DNA of 64,000 nucleotides from an uncultured delta proteobacterium (GTDB lineage Bacteria; Myxococcota_A; Polyangia; Polyangiales; Polyangiaceae): NCBI GenBank assembly GCA_963827955.1, contig CAWHDJ010000018.1, positions 1,117,297 to 1,181,296 of the forward strand, read 5' to 3'. Shown piece by piece: positions 41,640 to 51,463 of this stretch (position 1 is its first letter; each line of letters starts with the position of its first letter). The notes under the pieces were generated by a model. It saw only the letters and a program-made list of their open reading frames with translations, ran no database searches and was not told where the DNA came from. The position numbers and the translations under genes were made by a program.

Positions 41640-42866
41640 ATGACCGACCGCGCCTCCGCCGAGACCCCGCCCGCGCGACCCAACGCCAAGCTCGGGCGCG
41701 CACGGGCGATCTCGCTGTTCGTCTCCCTGCTGGTCGCGTTGCTCATGGCCGAAGGCGCGCTGCGGGTGATGAAGCGGAAGGTGCCGTTCCAGCCCGATCC
41801 GGATCTCATCCGTTCGCTCCGGCCGAACGTCGAGGCCGAGATCTATTCGTACGAGTCGGACGCCAACTGGAACGGGGAGAACAAGCCGCGCCCGCCGCTC
41901 CACTTCGTGGGGAAGAGCCCCACGAACAACATCGGCTTCCGCATGGCCGAGGACGTGGGCCCCAAGGCTGCCGACGAGCGGCGCGTGCTCCTGCTCGGGG
42001 ACTCGTTCACGGAGGGCGACCAGGTCTCGGGCGATCAGCGCTTCAGCTATCTCCTCAACGAGCGCCTCGAGAAGGAGACGGCGGGCGGGCCGGAGCACTG
42101 GCGGCTCCTGAACGGGGGGATCCAGAACGGCTCCCCGGTGCAGTACATCCTGCAGCTCCGCCGCTGGCTCGACAGCGTGAAGCCCAACATCGTCATCATC
42201 GCCCTCGCCCCCAACGACGCCACCGACGACGCGCTCTTCCAGTACACGTACGGGTTCGACTTCGACGCCGAGGGCATCCCGATCGCGCCGCGCTCCCGCC
42301 TCCAGCTCACGCTGCTGCAGGACTCGTATGTGTACCGGTACTTCCAGGTCTTCAGCCAGCACTTCCCGCGCCTCGCGTCCGTCTTCTTCCCGCCGGCGTC
42401 GCCGGAGACGCGGCTGATTACGAACAACGCGATGCTCTGCACCAACACCCCCGAGGCCTTCGCGGCCTTCCGGAGCAGGACGGGCAAGTACCTCCGGAAG
42501 CTGAAGGAGATGACGGAGGCCAAGGGGGCGCGCTTCGGCGTCTTTCTCATCCACTACATGTGGTCCTTCGCCGACGAGCCGTATGACGAGAACTACTGGC
42601 CCAACACCAGCAAGGAGCTGGACATCGATCGCTGCGTGAAGACGGGGGTGCAGGGCTACAACGCCTTCGTCGAGGGGTGGCTGCGCGACGCGCACATGGA
42701 GTTCGAGAACCCGTACGCGGCGATCCTGCGCGCGAAGGCGGAGAACCCGAAGCGGAAGCTCTGGAACTACGTCGACTACCACTTCTCGCCGGCGGGGCAC
42801 CGGGTGATGGCGGACGAGCTGGGCGCGTTCGTGAACGAGCTCAGAGGGCCGCGCGTGGGGCGCTGA
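41640..42866 (+). CDS. SGNH/GDSL hydrolase family protein
   Basis: N-terminal TM anchor. The GDS block VLLLGDSFTEG, a downstream GxND-like block (LAPNDATDD) and a C-terminal DYHFSPAGH (His block). Intact. Confidence 0.6.
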   Translation: MTDRASAETPPARPNAKLGRARAISLFVSLLVALLMAEGALRVMKRKVPFQPDPDLIRSLRPNVEAEIYSYESDANWNGENKPRPPLHFVGKSPTNNIGFRMAEDVGPKAADERRVLLLGDSFTEGDQVSGDQRFSYLLNERLEKETAGGPEHWRLLNGGIQNGSPVQYILQLRRWLDSVKPNIVIIALAPNDATDDALFQYTYGFDFDAEGIPIAPRSRLQLTLLQDSYVYRYFQVFSQHFPRLASVFFPPASPETRLITNNAMLCTNTPEAFAAFRSRTGKYLRKLKEMTEAKGARFGVFLIHYMWSFADEPYDENYWPNTSKELDIDRCVKTGVQGYNAFVEGWLRDAHMEFENPYAAILRAKAENPKRKLWNYVDYHFSPAGHRVMADELGAFVNELRGPRVGR

Positions 42867-42867
42867 G

Positions 42868-43848
42868 ATGGCGCGCTGGCGCTCGCTCGCGCTCAAGGTC
42901 GCGTTCAGCACCACGCTCACGCTCCTGCTCCTGGAGCTGGCGTGCCGCGTGGTCGTGTGGCGAGAGCTGAAGCAGTTCGACGGCTGGGTCGCGCACCCCT
43001 ACTTCTACTACCAGAGGTCGAGCGACCCCGTGCTCGGCTACGAGCTCAAGCACGACTACTCGTGCGAGCACGAGGGGAGGCGGGTGCACGTCAACCGGCA
43101 AGGCCTGCGGGACGATCACGACGACATCCCCGAGGCGCCGCGCCGGATCGCCGTCCTCGGCGACTCGGTGGTCTTCGGCATCGGCCAGACCCAGGAGGCG
43201 ACGCTGAGCGAGAAGCTCCAGCGGCGCCTCGACCCGGGCGAGAAGCGCGTTCGTGTCCTCAACTTCGGCGTGCCGGGCTACGCGGTGCGGGAGGTGGCAC
43301 AGTTCCTCCGCGACAAGGACGCCGTTTATCACACCACCGACGTCGTCTACGTCCTCAACCCGAACGACTTCGCCTGCCGCGATACCCGCTTCGAGGGCGC
43401 CGACAGCGGGCTCTACCGCGTCTTCTACCCCCCTTCCCCCGCGACGCTCGCCCTCGTGCGCAAGTTCATCTGGCGCACGCACAAGGGGGGCCTGCCGCCG
43501 TTCACGCAAGAGCCGCTGGTCTCCGTCCCCTGGTACAAGTGGCTGTTCGCGGGCAACCGGGATCGTGCCTACGACGTCATCCGCACGATGAAGGCGTACG
43601 CGCGTGAGCGGGGCATCGCTTTCGCGGTCCTGCCGTTGCCCTCGGGCGCCGCGTTCAGCGGAGGGTCCTACGCCCTCGACGGGATGTACGACGACATCCT
43701 CGGCTTCCTCCGGGCGGAGGGGATCCGGACCTTCGACGCTCGTACGAGGCTCAATCAACCCGCCTATTTCGACGACACCGATCACCTGACCACCGAGGGT
43801 GACGATCACATGGTGGACATGCTGGCAGGCATCGTCGGCGCGCCGTAG
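42868..43848 (+). CDS. SGNH/GDSL-like hydrolase family protein (second paralogue)
   Basis: N-terminal TM anchor. IAVLGDSVVFG block and C-terminal DDTDHLTTEG (His block). The start is adjacent to the previous stop. Confidence 0.55.
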   Translation: MARWRSLALKVAFSTTLTLLLLELACRVVVWRELKQFDGWVAHPYFYYQRSSDPVLGYELKHDYSCEHEGRRVHVNRQGLRDDHDDIPEAPRRIAVLGDSVVFGIGQTQEATLSEKLQRRLDPGEKRVRVLNFGVPGYAVREVAQFLRDKDAVYHTTDVVYVLNPNDFACRDTRFEGADSGLYRVFYPPSPATLALVRKFIWRTHKGGLPPFTQEPLVSVPWYKWLFAGNRDRAYDVIRTMKAYARERGIAFAVLPLPSGAAFSGGSYALDGMYDDILGFLRAEGIRTFDARTRLNQPAYFDDTDHLTTEGDDHMVDMLAGIVGAP

Positions 43849-43871
43849 CGCCCTCGATCACGATGGGGCCG

Positions 43872-43897
43872 GGAGGGTGAGCCTCGGCTCACCCTCC
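43872..43897. terminator. perfect 11-bp GC-rich hairpin between convergent genes (candidate bidirectional terminator)
   Basis: ggagggtgagc-ctcg-gctcaccctcc. The hairpin overlaps the LD-carboxypeptidase stop codon. Confidence 0.5.
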
Positions 43898-44833
43898 TCC
43901 CAGCGTCACCTGCCCGACGCCGCGCGCTGCGCTCACCCGCGCCATCGCCCCCAGCACCACGGGGTCGTTCCGCGCCCCGTGCCCGACCGGCAGTCCGCTC
44001 ACGACCGGCACGCCGAGCGGCGCCAGCGCCGCGCGCAGCACCTCGGCCGTGGTCACCCGGTCGGAGCCCGGGTCGCACTGGGTGAAGTCGCCGAGCACCA
44101 CCGCGGCGGCGCGGGCGAGATGGCCGCCGGCGGCGAGCGTGGCCAGCATGCGGTCGATGCGATACGGCCGCTCCGTCACGTCCTCGAGCAAGAGAACGCA
44201 GCCCTGGGGGACCTCGAGGCGCCCCGCTGCCGCGCAGGCGTGGAGCATCGCGAGATTGCCGCCGAAGAGGGGGCCGGCCGCGGCGCCTTCGCGAACGACG
44301 CCGAGGACCTCGTAGGTGCGCGGGGCGAGGGGGGCCTCGAGCGCGCGCACGAGGGCCTCGCGGGCGCGGGCGTCGCCACGGCCGACGGTGGTGAGGTGCG
44401 GGCCGTGGATCGAGGCGACGCCGACGCGCGCGGCCTCGACGTGGAGCGCGGTGATGTCCGAGAAGCCGACGATCCACCGCGGGCGCCCGGTGAGCGACGC
44501 GAACGCGGGGGAGATCGCGTGGACGAAGCGGGATGCGCCGTAGCCGCCGCGGGCGGCGAGGACGGCGCGCACGTCGGGGTCGGTGAGCGCGGCGACGAGC
44601 TCGTCCCGCCGCCGCTCGTCGGAGCCAGCGAGGTAACCCTGCGCGCGCTCGAAGATGCCGCGTGAGAAGCGGACGCGGTAGCGGCGGGCGAGCCAGCCGA
44701 GCCCGGACCAGGCGAGGACGTGCTCGAAGGGGCTCGAGGGGGCGACGACGGCGATGAGGTCGCCCGGCCGGAGCGGGGGAGGGATGATGGGGAAGGGGCC
44801 TGCGGGGGAGCGCGCAGCGAGGGAAGCGGTCAC
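43889..44833 (-). CDS. LD-carboxypeptidase (peptidase S66, LdcA-like)
   Basis: [31 protein letters not shown] and GGNLAMLHA motifs. The GTG start overlaps the stop of the upstream TPR gene (GTGA). Confidence 0.75.
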   Translation of the reverse strand: MTASLAARSPAGPFPIIPPPLRPGDLIAVVAPSSPFEHVLAWSGLGWLARRYRVRFSRGIFERAQGYLAGSDERRRDELVAALTDPDVRAVLAARGGYGASRFVHAISPAFASLTGRPRWIVGFSDITALHVEAARVGVASIHGPHLTTVGRGDARAREALVRALEAPLAPRTYEVLGVVREGAAAGPLFGGNLAMLHACAAAGRLEVPQGCVLLLEDVTERPYRIDRMLATLAAGGHLARAAAVVLGDFTQCDPGSDRVTTAEVLRAALAPLGVPVVSGLPVGHGARNDPVVLGAMARVSAARGVGQVTLGGG

Positions 44834-47800
44834 GCGTCGTCGAGGAGCTCGGCGTCGTCGACGTTGGCGACCTCTTCTTCGTCCTGAGCGCCGGCGGCGG
44901 GGGGGGCGCCGTGCTCGGCGTGCGCGGCGTGCCCATCCGCGGCGGCGGGCGGTTGCTGCTGGGCGTAACCCGGGTGCTGCTCGGGGTGGGTGGGGGGAGA
45001 ATACGGATAGCCCTGCTGGGCGTAACCCGGGTGCTGCTCGTAGCCCTGCTGCGCATAGCCCGGGTGCTGCTCGTAGCCTTGCTGGGGATAGCCCTGCTGG
45101 GCATAACCCGGGTGCTGCTCGTAGCCTTGCTGGGGATAGCCCTGCTGGGCATAGCCCGGGTGCTGCTCGTAGCCTTGCTGGGCGTAACCCGGATGCTGCT
45201 CGGGCTGGGTGGGGGGAGAATACGGCTGACCCTGCTGGGGGTACTCCGGCGGGGCATGACCCGGGTGCTGCTCGTAGCCGTGCGCGGGCGCTACCCCGTC
45301 GTTGACGGTCTGTTCCGGGTTGGCGGCGGGATCCGGGTACGTGGGGTACGAATCCGCCTGCGCGTGCGGCGGAGACGGCGCAGCGGCATCGCCTGCGGCG
45401 GGGGCCGGGCCTGCCTCCGTGGGGGCCGGGGCCGGCGCGGCCTCCTGCACGGGCTCGGGCTTGGTGGGCTCCGAGGCCGCCGGCGCGGCCGCTGCGGGCG
45501 GCGGGGCCGATGCGGCGGACGCAGGCGGCGTGACCGACATGGGCCGCGCGGGGGGCGCGGCCTGCGTGACAGGCGCTGCCCCGGGGATGGGCGGCGGCGG
45601 GCGCTTGAGCTTGCCAGTCTTGGCGCGGTCGAGGCCGGCGGTGGCATCGGCGTCGCCCGCCTTCATGCGCAGCACGCGGCGCCAGGCGTCGGCGGCCTCG
45701 CGCGCATCGCCGATCTCCTCCTCCCACAGACGGGCGACCTTGCGCGCCAACTCGGCGCGCTGGGCCGGGTCTCGCCCGCGGAGGATCTGGTCCTCGTAGA
45801 GCTGGATCATGCCGCGGTGATCGCCGAGCTCGAGCAGGAGCGCCGAGACAGCTCGTTCATCACGTCCTGATCCGACGGGGAGAGGTCGTGCAGCTTCTTG
45901 AGGTCGACGGCGGCGCCCGGCTTGTCGCCGAGCACGTCGCGCCGCAGGCGGGCGCGGCGCTGGAGGAGCTTGCGGACGAGGGGGCCGTCGAAGACCTCTT
46001 CGAGCGCACGGGAGAGCGTCGCCTCCACGCGCGGGAGCGCGTTGACCTCGCGGCCGAGCGCCTCGAGCGCCTCGAGCGAGGCGTCCTCGACGTGGGTGAT
46101 GAGGGCGTCACCGAGCCAGCCGAAGGCCTTGTCGATGTCGTGGAGGTCGCGGTGTGCGAGGGTGGCCGCGCGGCGGAGCAGGGCGCCGCGGGTGCGGCCG
46201 CCGTCACGCGATCCCTGCCCCCCAGTGGCGAGCGCGTCGGCCAGGATCGTCCGGAGGGCGACGCCGCCGGCCCTCTCGTCGCCGAGGCGCGCCGCGCCCT
46301 CGAGCGCGACGAGCGTGTCCTCCTGCACCCCGCCGCCGAGGGCGAGCTCGAAGAAGCTGCGCGCGCGGTCGTTGGCGCCGCGCTCGGCCGCCACCTGCGC
46401 TGCGCGCGCGAGGGCGGCGAGGCGGTCGGCGGGGACGCGGCAGCGGCCGACCTGGCGCTCGTAGAGGTCGATGACGTGGCCGGGGGCCTGGGTGAGCGCC
46501 GCGAGTCGGGAGAGCAGGGGGTCGACCTCCCCCGCGGGCACGCTCGCGAGCCCCGACTCGCCGTGCTGCATGGCCTCGAGCGGATCGACGCCGGCGGCCA
46601 CCTGCACCTCCGCCTGACGGACCAGCTCGCCCGCGCGCGCAGGCCCACCGAGCTCCTTGCTCGAGGAGCTCGTGCGCGACCGAGAGGGCGTCGAGGTCGC
46701 GCAGCCGGGTGGCGAGCTCCTCCAGCTTCTCGGCGAGGGCGTGGTCGGCGCCGCGGCCGCGCGCGATCTCCATGGCGATGCGCGCCGCGTCCTGATCCCG
46801 GCCGATTCTCGAGGAAGCGGCCGAACGCGGAGCGGAGCGCCTCGTTGCGCTGGGGGCCGGGGCTCGACTCGTACCAGGTCACGAGCTTTCCCGCGACGAT
46901 GCCCTTCCAACCGAGCTTGTCGCCGAGCGCGACGTACGCGTCGCGGCACGGCTGGTCGCCCTGGTCCGCGAGCTTCTCCAGCGCGGCGAGCCCCTCGTCG
47001 CCGCGGCCGAGCCGGTCGGCGAGGATCTCGGCGAGGCGCACCGTCATGCGGGACGCTTCCTCCTCGTCCCCCTCCACCTCGATCAGCGTCGTCATCAGCG
47101 TGGCGACGCGGGCATAGTCGCCGATCTTCTCACACAGCGTCTGGAGGCGGGCTGTGGCGTCGAAGTCCTCCGGGTCGGCGGCGTGGACGATGTCGAGGGC
47201 GCGGATGGCGCCGCGTGGATCGTCGAGCGGGCCCTCGTAGAGCTGGGCGAGGCGCTGCGCGAGGTCGACCTTCTCCTGCCCCTCGGCGAGGGGGATCGCG
47301 CGCTCCAGCGCGGCGGCGACGCCGGGGTGGTCGCCGCGCTTCTCGTGCAGGCCGGCGATGGCGGCGAGGGCCTGCCGGTTCCTCGGATCGAGGTCCTTGA
47401 CGATGCCCTCGTAGCGGGCGAGGGCGCCGTCCGTGTCGTCGAGCGGGTCGGCGAGCATGGCCGCCTCGCGGAGCGCGATGGTGATGCGGTCCGCGGGCGT
47501 CTTGGCGAGCGCGCCGAGGCGACGGAGGAAGTCGACTGCCTCCTGGTGGTCGCCGCGCTCGAGGGCGTCGTCGACGAGCTTGCCGAGCGCGTCGGCGTCG
47601 TCGCCGTCGTTGAGCACGAGGAGCAGGCTCTCTCGCGCGCCCTCGCGATCGCCGAGCGTGCGCTGGAGCTCGGACGCGGCGCGGCGGACGGCGATGCGGC
47701 GTGCCTTGTCGGAGAGCTTCTCGCCCCGGGTGAGCAGGAAGCGCACGAGGTCGGGCTCGCGCCCCTCCTTGCGGTACTGCTCCTCGAGCGCGTGCGCGAA

Positions 47801-50055
47801 CGCGTCGTTCGCCGGGTCGAGCTCGGTGGCCTGCTCGAGCTTGCCGATCGCGGCGGCGGCGTCGTCGGCCTTCAGGTAGAGCTCGGCGGCCTGGGCGAAG
47901 AGGGCGGCCTTCTGCTTGCCCTCGGTCGACTGCGCGCGCTGCTCGACGGCGTTGGCCGTCTCGGCGAAGCGGCCCGCGGCGAGGTACGCCTTCTCGGCGT
48001 GCTCCCAGACCTTGGCCTGGGCGGCGCCGCCGTCGAGGAGCGTCGCGGCCTCCGCGTAGGCGTCGCCGGCGCCTGCCGGGTCCTGCGTCTTGTTGCGGAG
48101 ATCGCCGAGCTTCTGGAGCAGGGTGCTCTTGACGCCGCGGTCCTCCACGGCGCTCACGGTGTCGCTGAGCACCTGCGCGGCGAGGTCGAAGCGCTCGGCC
48201 TTCTCGTACAGCTTGACGGAGGTCTGGATGGCGGCGTCGTCCTGCGGCGCCAGGTTCGCGATGCGCGCCCAGGCCTCCGCGGCGGCGGCCGGGTCCTTCC
48301 GCTTCTGCTCGTGGAGGGTGGCGAGCTTCTTCTCGAGGGCGATCTTCTCCTCGACGTCGGCCGTGCCCATCGCCTCCTGCTCGACGAGCATGGCGAGGTC
48401 GTCCCAGCGCGCGCCCTTCTCGAGCAGGCGGCGGAGCTGCTCGCGCGCCTGCTCGTCGGCGCGGTCGATTCTGGCAGACCTGCTTCAACGCCTGGATGGC
48501 GGTCTCGACGTCGCGGAGCTGCGACTCGCAGATCCCGGCGATGTCCCGGAGCTGGGCCTTGCGCGTCTCCGGCGAGACGCTGGCGACGCGCGTCGCCGCG
48601 AGGAGCACGTCGCGGAGATCGGCGAACATCCGCTTCTGCCGGAGGTAGTCCTCGACCCAGGTGAGCGCCTCGGGATGGGCAGGGTCGATCTTGAGCGCGT
48701 CGCGGAACTTCGCGTAAGCCTGCGGCTTGCGGCCCTTGGCGGACTCGGACTGTCCCTCGTCGAGGAGCGACTGGAGGTCGTTGGCCGGAGGCGGCGCGGC
48801 CTGCGGTTGCTGCGCCGCGGCCTGAGGGGCGGCGCCGAAGCCAGGGTCTTGCGGCGCGGCGTACGGTGAGGCGGTCGCCTGGACGGCCGGGCCTCCGCCG
48901 GTGGGCGAAGGGCGTGGATCCTGCCGGGGAGCGCCGTACGCCCCCTGCGCGCCGGGCGTGGCCTGCGCCGGCTGATGGGGCGCTGCCGCAGGCATCGCGA
49001 CGGGCGCGGCCGTGCGCGGGGCCTTGGCGCGCGCGGTCTCGCTCATGAACCCGTTCGGGTTGGCCTGGAGGTAGGCCGCGTACTGCGCTCCGAGCTCCGC
49101 GGTGCGGCCGAGCTGTCCCGCGTAGTAGTCGGCGAGCTGCATCGCGCGGTCGTTGCCCGGCTGCGCCTTGAGCGCCGAGACGGAGTACGAGATGCCGTAG
49201 TTGGCGTCGTACGACTCGGCGAGCTGGACGAAGATTCTGAGCCGCCTCCTCGCGCTCGGCGGCGGGCACGTTCTCGCCGGCGTCGATGCGCTCGAGGACG
49301 GAGGAGCCGACCTCCTGCTTCAGCCCGACGTCGTCGGGTTGGAGGGCGCGCGCCCCGCGGAGCGCCTGCGTCTTGCCCGGGCCGTCTCCGGCGCGCCCGC
49401 GGACGTCGGCCTCGTCGCGGTAGAGCGCGAGCTTGCGCTCGGGATCGTCGACGATGGCCTGCTCCATGCCGAAGTACTGCACGGCATCCGCCCACTGCTG
49501 GGCGGCCTTGAGCATCTCGCGCGCGGCGTAGATGGCGTACGCGTTCTGCGGATCGAGCTCGGCGACGCGCCGCCAGTTCTCCACCGCGCGCTCCGGGCGG
49601 CTGAAGGGCTGGTCGCCCCAGAGGCGGCCCAGCTCCTCGTGCATCGCGATGAGCTGGGCGCGGACGTCGGGCCGGTCGTGCGTGGCGAGCGGCGCGAGCG
49701 ATTTGACGAGGCGCTCGAGCAGCGCGACGAGGGCCTTGAGATCGCCCTTGTCGCGGTAGAGCTGCGCGAGGCGCTCGGGCGCCGTGCGCGCGGTCGGGTC
49801 CTTCTCGATCGCGATCATCAGCGTGCGCGCGGCGTGGTGCGCGTCGCCGATCGTCGTCGACCAGACGTTGGCCGCCTCGCTCAGCCAGTGCGCCGCGTAC
49901 GCTGGATCCGCCGTCGCCTGGCCTACCTTCTCGAGCAGGATCGCGTACGATCGCGGATCGACCGTACCGGCGCGGTGTGCGTACGCCAGCGCCTCCTCGT
50001 CGTGCGGGTTCGCCACGAGGCGCTGGATCAGCGTTTCCATCTCGCGAGGGTCCAT
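44830..50055 (-). CDS. very large TPR-repeat protein (about 1740 aa) with a Pro/Gln/Tyr-rich repetitive C-terminal tail; about five apparent frameshifts
   Basis: Fragments in ORFs 48154..50184 (start [26 protein letters not shown]), 47130..49142, 45860..48391, 45807..46949 and 44830..45810 all read as TPR/Ala-rich helical repeats. The tail contains 48-bp tandem repeats ([16 protein letters not shown]). Confidence 0.6.
44950..45240. repeat. 48-bp tandem repeats (about 4-5 units) in the TPR gene 3' region
   Basis: The unit cccgggtgctgctcgtagccttgctggggatagccctgctgggcataa repeats with minor variation. Confidence 0.75.
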
Positions 50056-50223
50056 ACGTTGGCGGCCGCGAAGGTACACGTTCGCCCTCCGTCCGTACAG
50101 GGAATCGACGGGGAGGGATGGAAGGTCGGAGGGCGGAGCGCAGCGGTCGCGGCACACGGGGCGCCGGGTGGTCGGGCTGTACACGCGGCACGGGGTGGGG
50201 CGAGAGGGAAGCGGGCCGAGGCG

Positions 50224-51108
50224 CTACGCGCCGCTTCCGCCCCGTTGCTGCGCAAACGGGTCCCCGTCTGTGAGCGAGCCCACGAGCATCGACGCGATGC
50301 GCTCGAGCGCCTCGAGCGCTCCCAGCGCCAGCGCGATGCCTCCGGGCGGCGTCTGTGGCTCACGCGGGTTGATCCGCACCAGCGTCGCCCCCCGCCGCTG
50401 GAGGCGCTCGCCGAACATCCGCACCGATGGGATGGCAGTGCCCGCGCCGCACTCGACGACCACCAGGCGCGCGTCTCCGACGGTCGCCAGCCACGCGTCG
50501 AGCCGCGCCTCCTGGGCTTCGGTGCGCGACGAGTCCCACCACCCGTCCCCGAACATGAGGATGTTCGGCCGCAGCGCCTCCCCGCAGCGCGCGCAGCGAG
50601 GCGCCGTGCCCTTGGCGCGCAGCGTGTCGAGATCGAGCTCGAAGCGGTAGGGATCGGCCGGTGCGAGGGACGTGGGGCAGCCGCGCGAGCACTGCACGAA
50701 GTGGATGGAACCGTGGATCTCCACGATCCGATCGTCGCGCACGCCCGCCTTCTGGAACTGCCCGTCGACGTTGGAGGTGAAGACGAAGGCGCCGTGCTTC
50801 ATCCGCCCGGCCCACCGCTCCAGGATGGCGAAGCCCGGGTGAGGGACCGTGCTGCGGTAGAGCTCGAGGCGGTGGCCGTAGAAGCCCCACGCGAACGACG
50901 GGTCCTGGTCGAACCAGCGGGGGTTGGCCATGGAGGAGAAGTCGAGGCCGAGCTTCTCGTAGAGCGGGTACGCGCGCCAGAAGCCGCGGGTGCCGCGGAA
51001 GTCGGGGAGCCCGGAGTCGACGCCCATCCCCGCGCCGGCGCCGATCACGAGGGCGTCGGCGCCGGCGATGGCCTCTGCGGCGCGGCGGATCAGCTCCTCG
51101 GTGGCCAT
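50224..51108 (-). CDS. SIR2 family NAD-dependent protein deacylase (CobB-like sirtuin)
   Basis: GAGAGMGVDSGLPDFRG NAD-binding motif and a Zn-ribbon with Cys pairs (CSRGC...CARCG). Intact. Confidence 0.8.
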   Translation of the reverse strand: MATEELIRRAAEAIAGADALVIGAGAGMGVDSGLPDFRGTRGFWRAYPLYEKLGLDFSSMANPRWFDQDPSFAWGFYGHRLELYRSTVPHPGFAILERWAGRMKHGAFVFTSNVDGQFQKAGVRDDRIVEIHGSIHFVQCSRGCPTSLAPADPYRFELDLDTLRAKGTAPRCARCGEALRPNILMFGDGWWDSSRTEAQEARLDAWLATVGDARLVVVECGAGTAIPSVRMFGERLQRRGATLVRINPREPQTPPGGIALALGALEALERIASMLVGSLTDGDPFAQQRGGSGA

Positions 51109-51217
51109 CCACGCAGGATACGGCGTGGCAGGGCGACTGTCACAGTCGGCCGGCGGAGCACGGAGGTAGGCGATCTCCCCGAGCACCGCGGCGCGCTTCG
51201 TGAGAGTATGCGCGGCA

Positions 51218-51430
51218 ATGCCCTGGTCCGCTCGCCTCCTTGCTCTGGGAATCGTCGCAACCCTCGCCTACGCCGCGTGTAACTTCGGCGTCAGCCTCTG
51301 CCAGGTGTGCGACGAGAGCACGCCTTGCGCTACGGGCTTGGTCTGCGTCGGGGTTTGCGTCTCGGCGGACGGGGGGAGCCCGGTGGAGCAATGCGACAAC
51401 CCGGGGACCGGCGGCAGCGACGGCGGATAG
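51218..51430 (+). CDS. small Cys-rich secreted protein (about 70 aa, 8 Cys)
   Basis: A signal-peptide-like N-terminus (MPWSARLLALGIVATLAYAAC) is followed by the Cys-rich segment CQVCDESTPCATGLVCVGVCVS. The gene is divergent from the sirtuin gene. Confidence 0.35.
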   Translation: MPWSARLLALGIVATLAYAACNFGVSLCQVCDESTPCATGLVCVGVCVSADGGSPVEQCDNPGTGGSDGG

Positions 51431-51442
51431 GGCCGTCATCAC

Positions 51443-51456
51443 GCCCTGATCAGGGC
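51443..51456. terminator. perfect 14-nt palindrome between convergent genes
   Basis: gccctgatcagggc, immediately after the stop of the small Cys-rich ORF. Confidence 0.35.
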
Positions 51457-51463
51457 TGCCCCT

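Noticed and set aside
50224..51108. SIR2-domain defence system (Thoeris/DSR-like)
   Set aside because: The protein is a compact canonical sirtuin, about 295 aa, with a Zn ribbon and no fused or adjacent effector or sensor partner. It is best read as a CobB-like deacylase.
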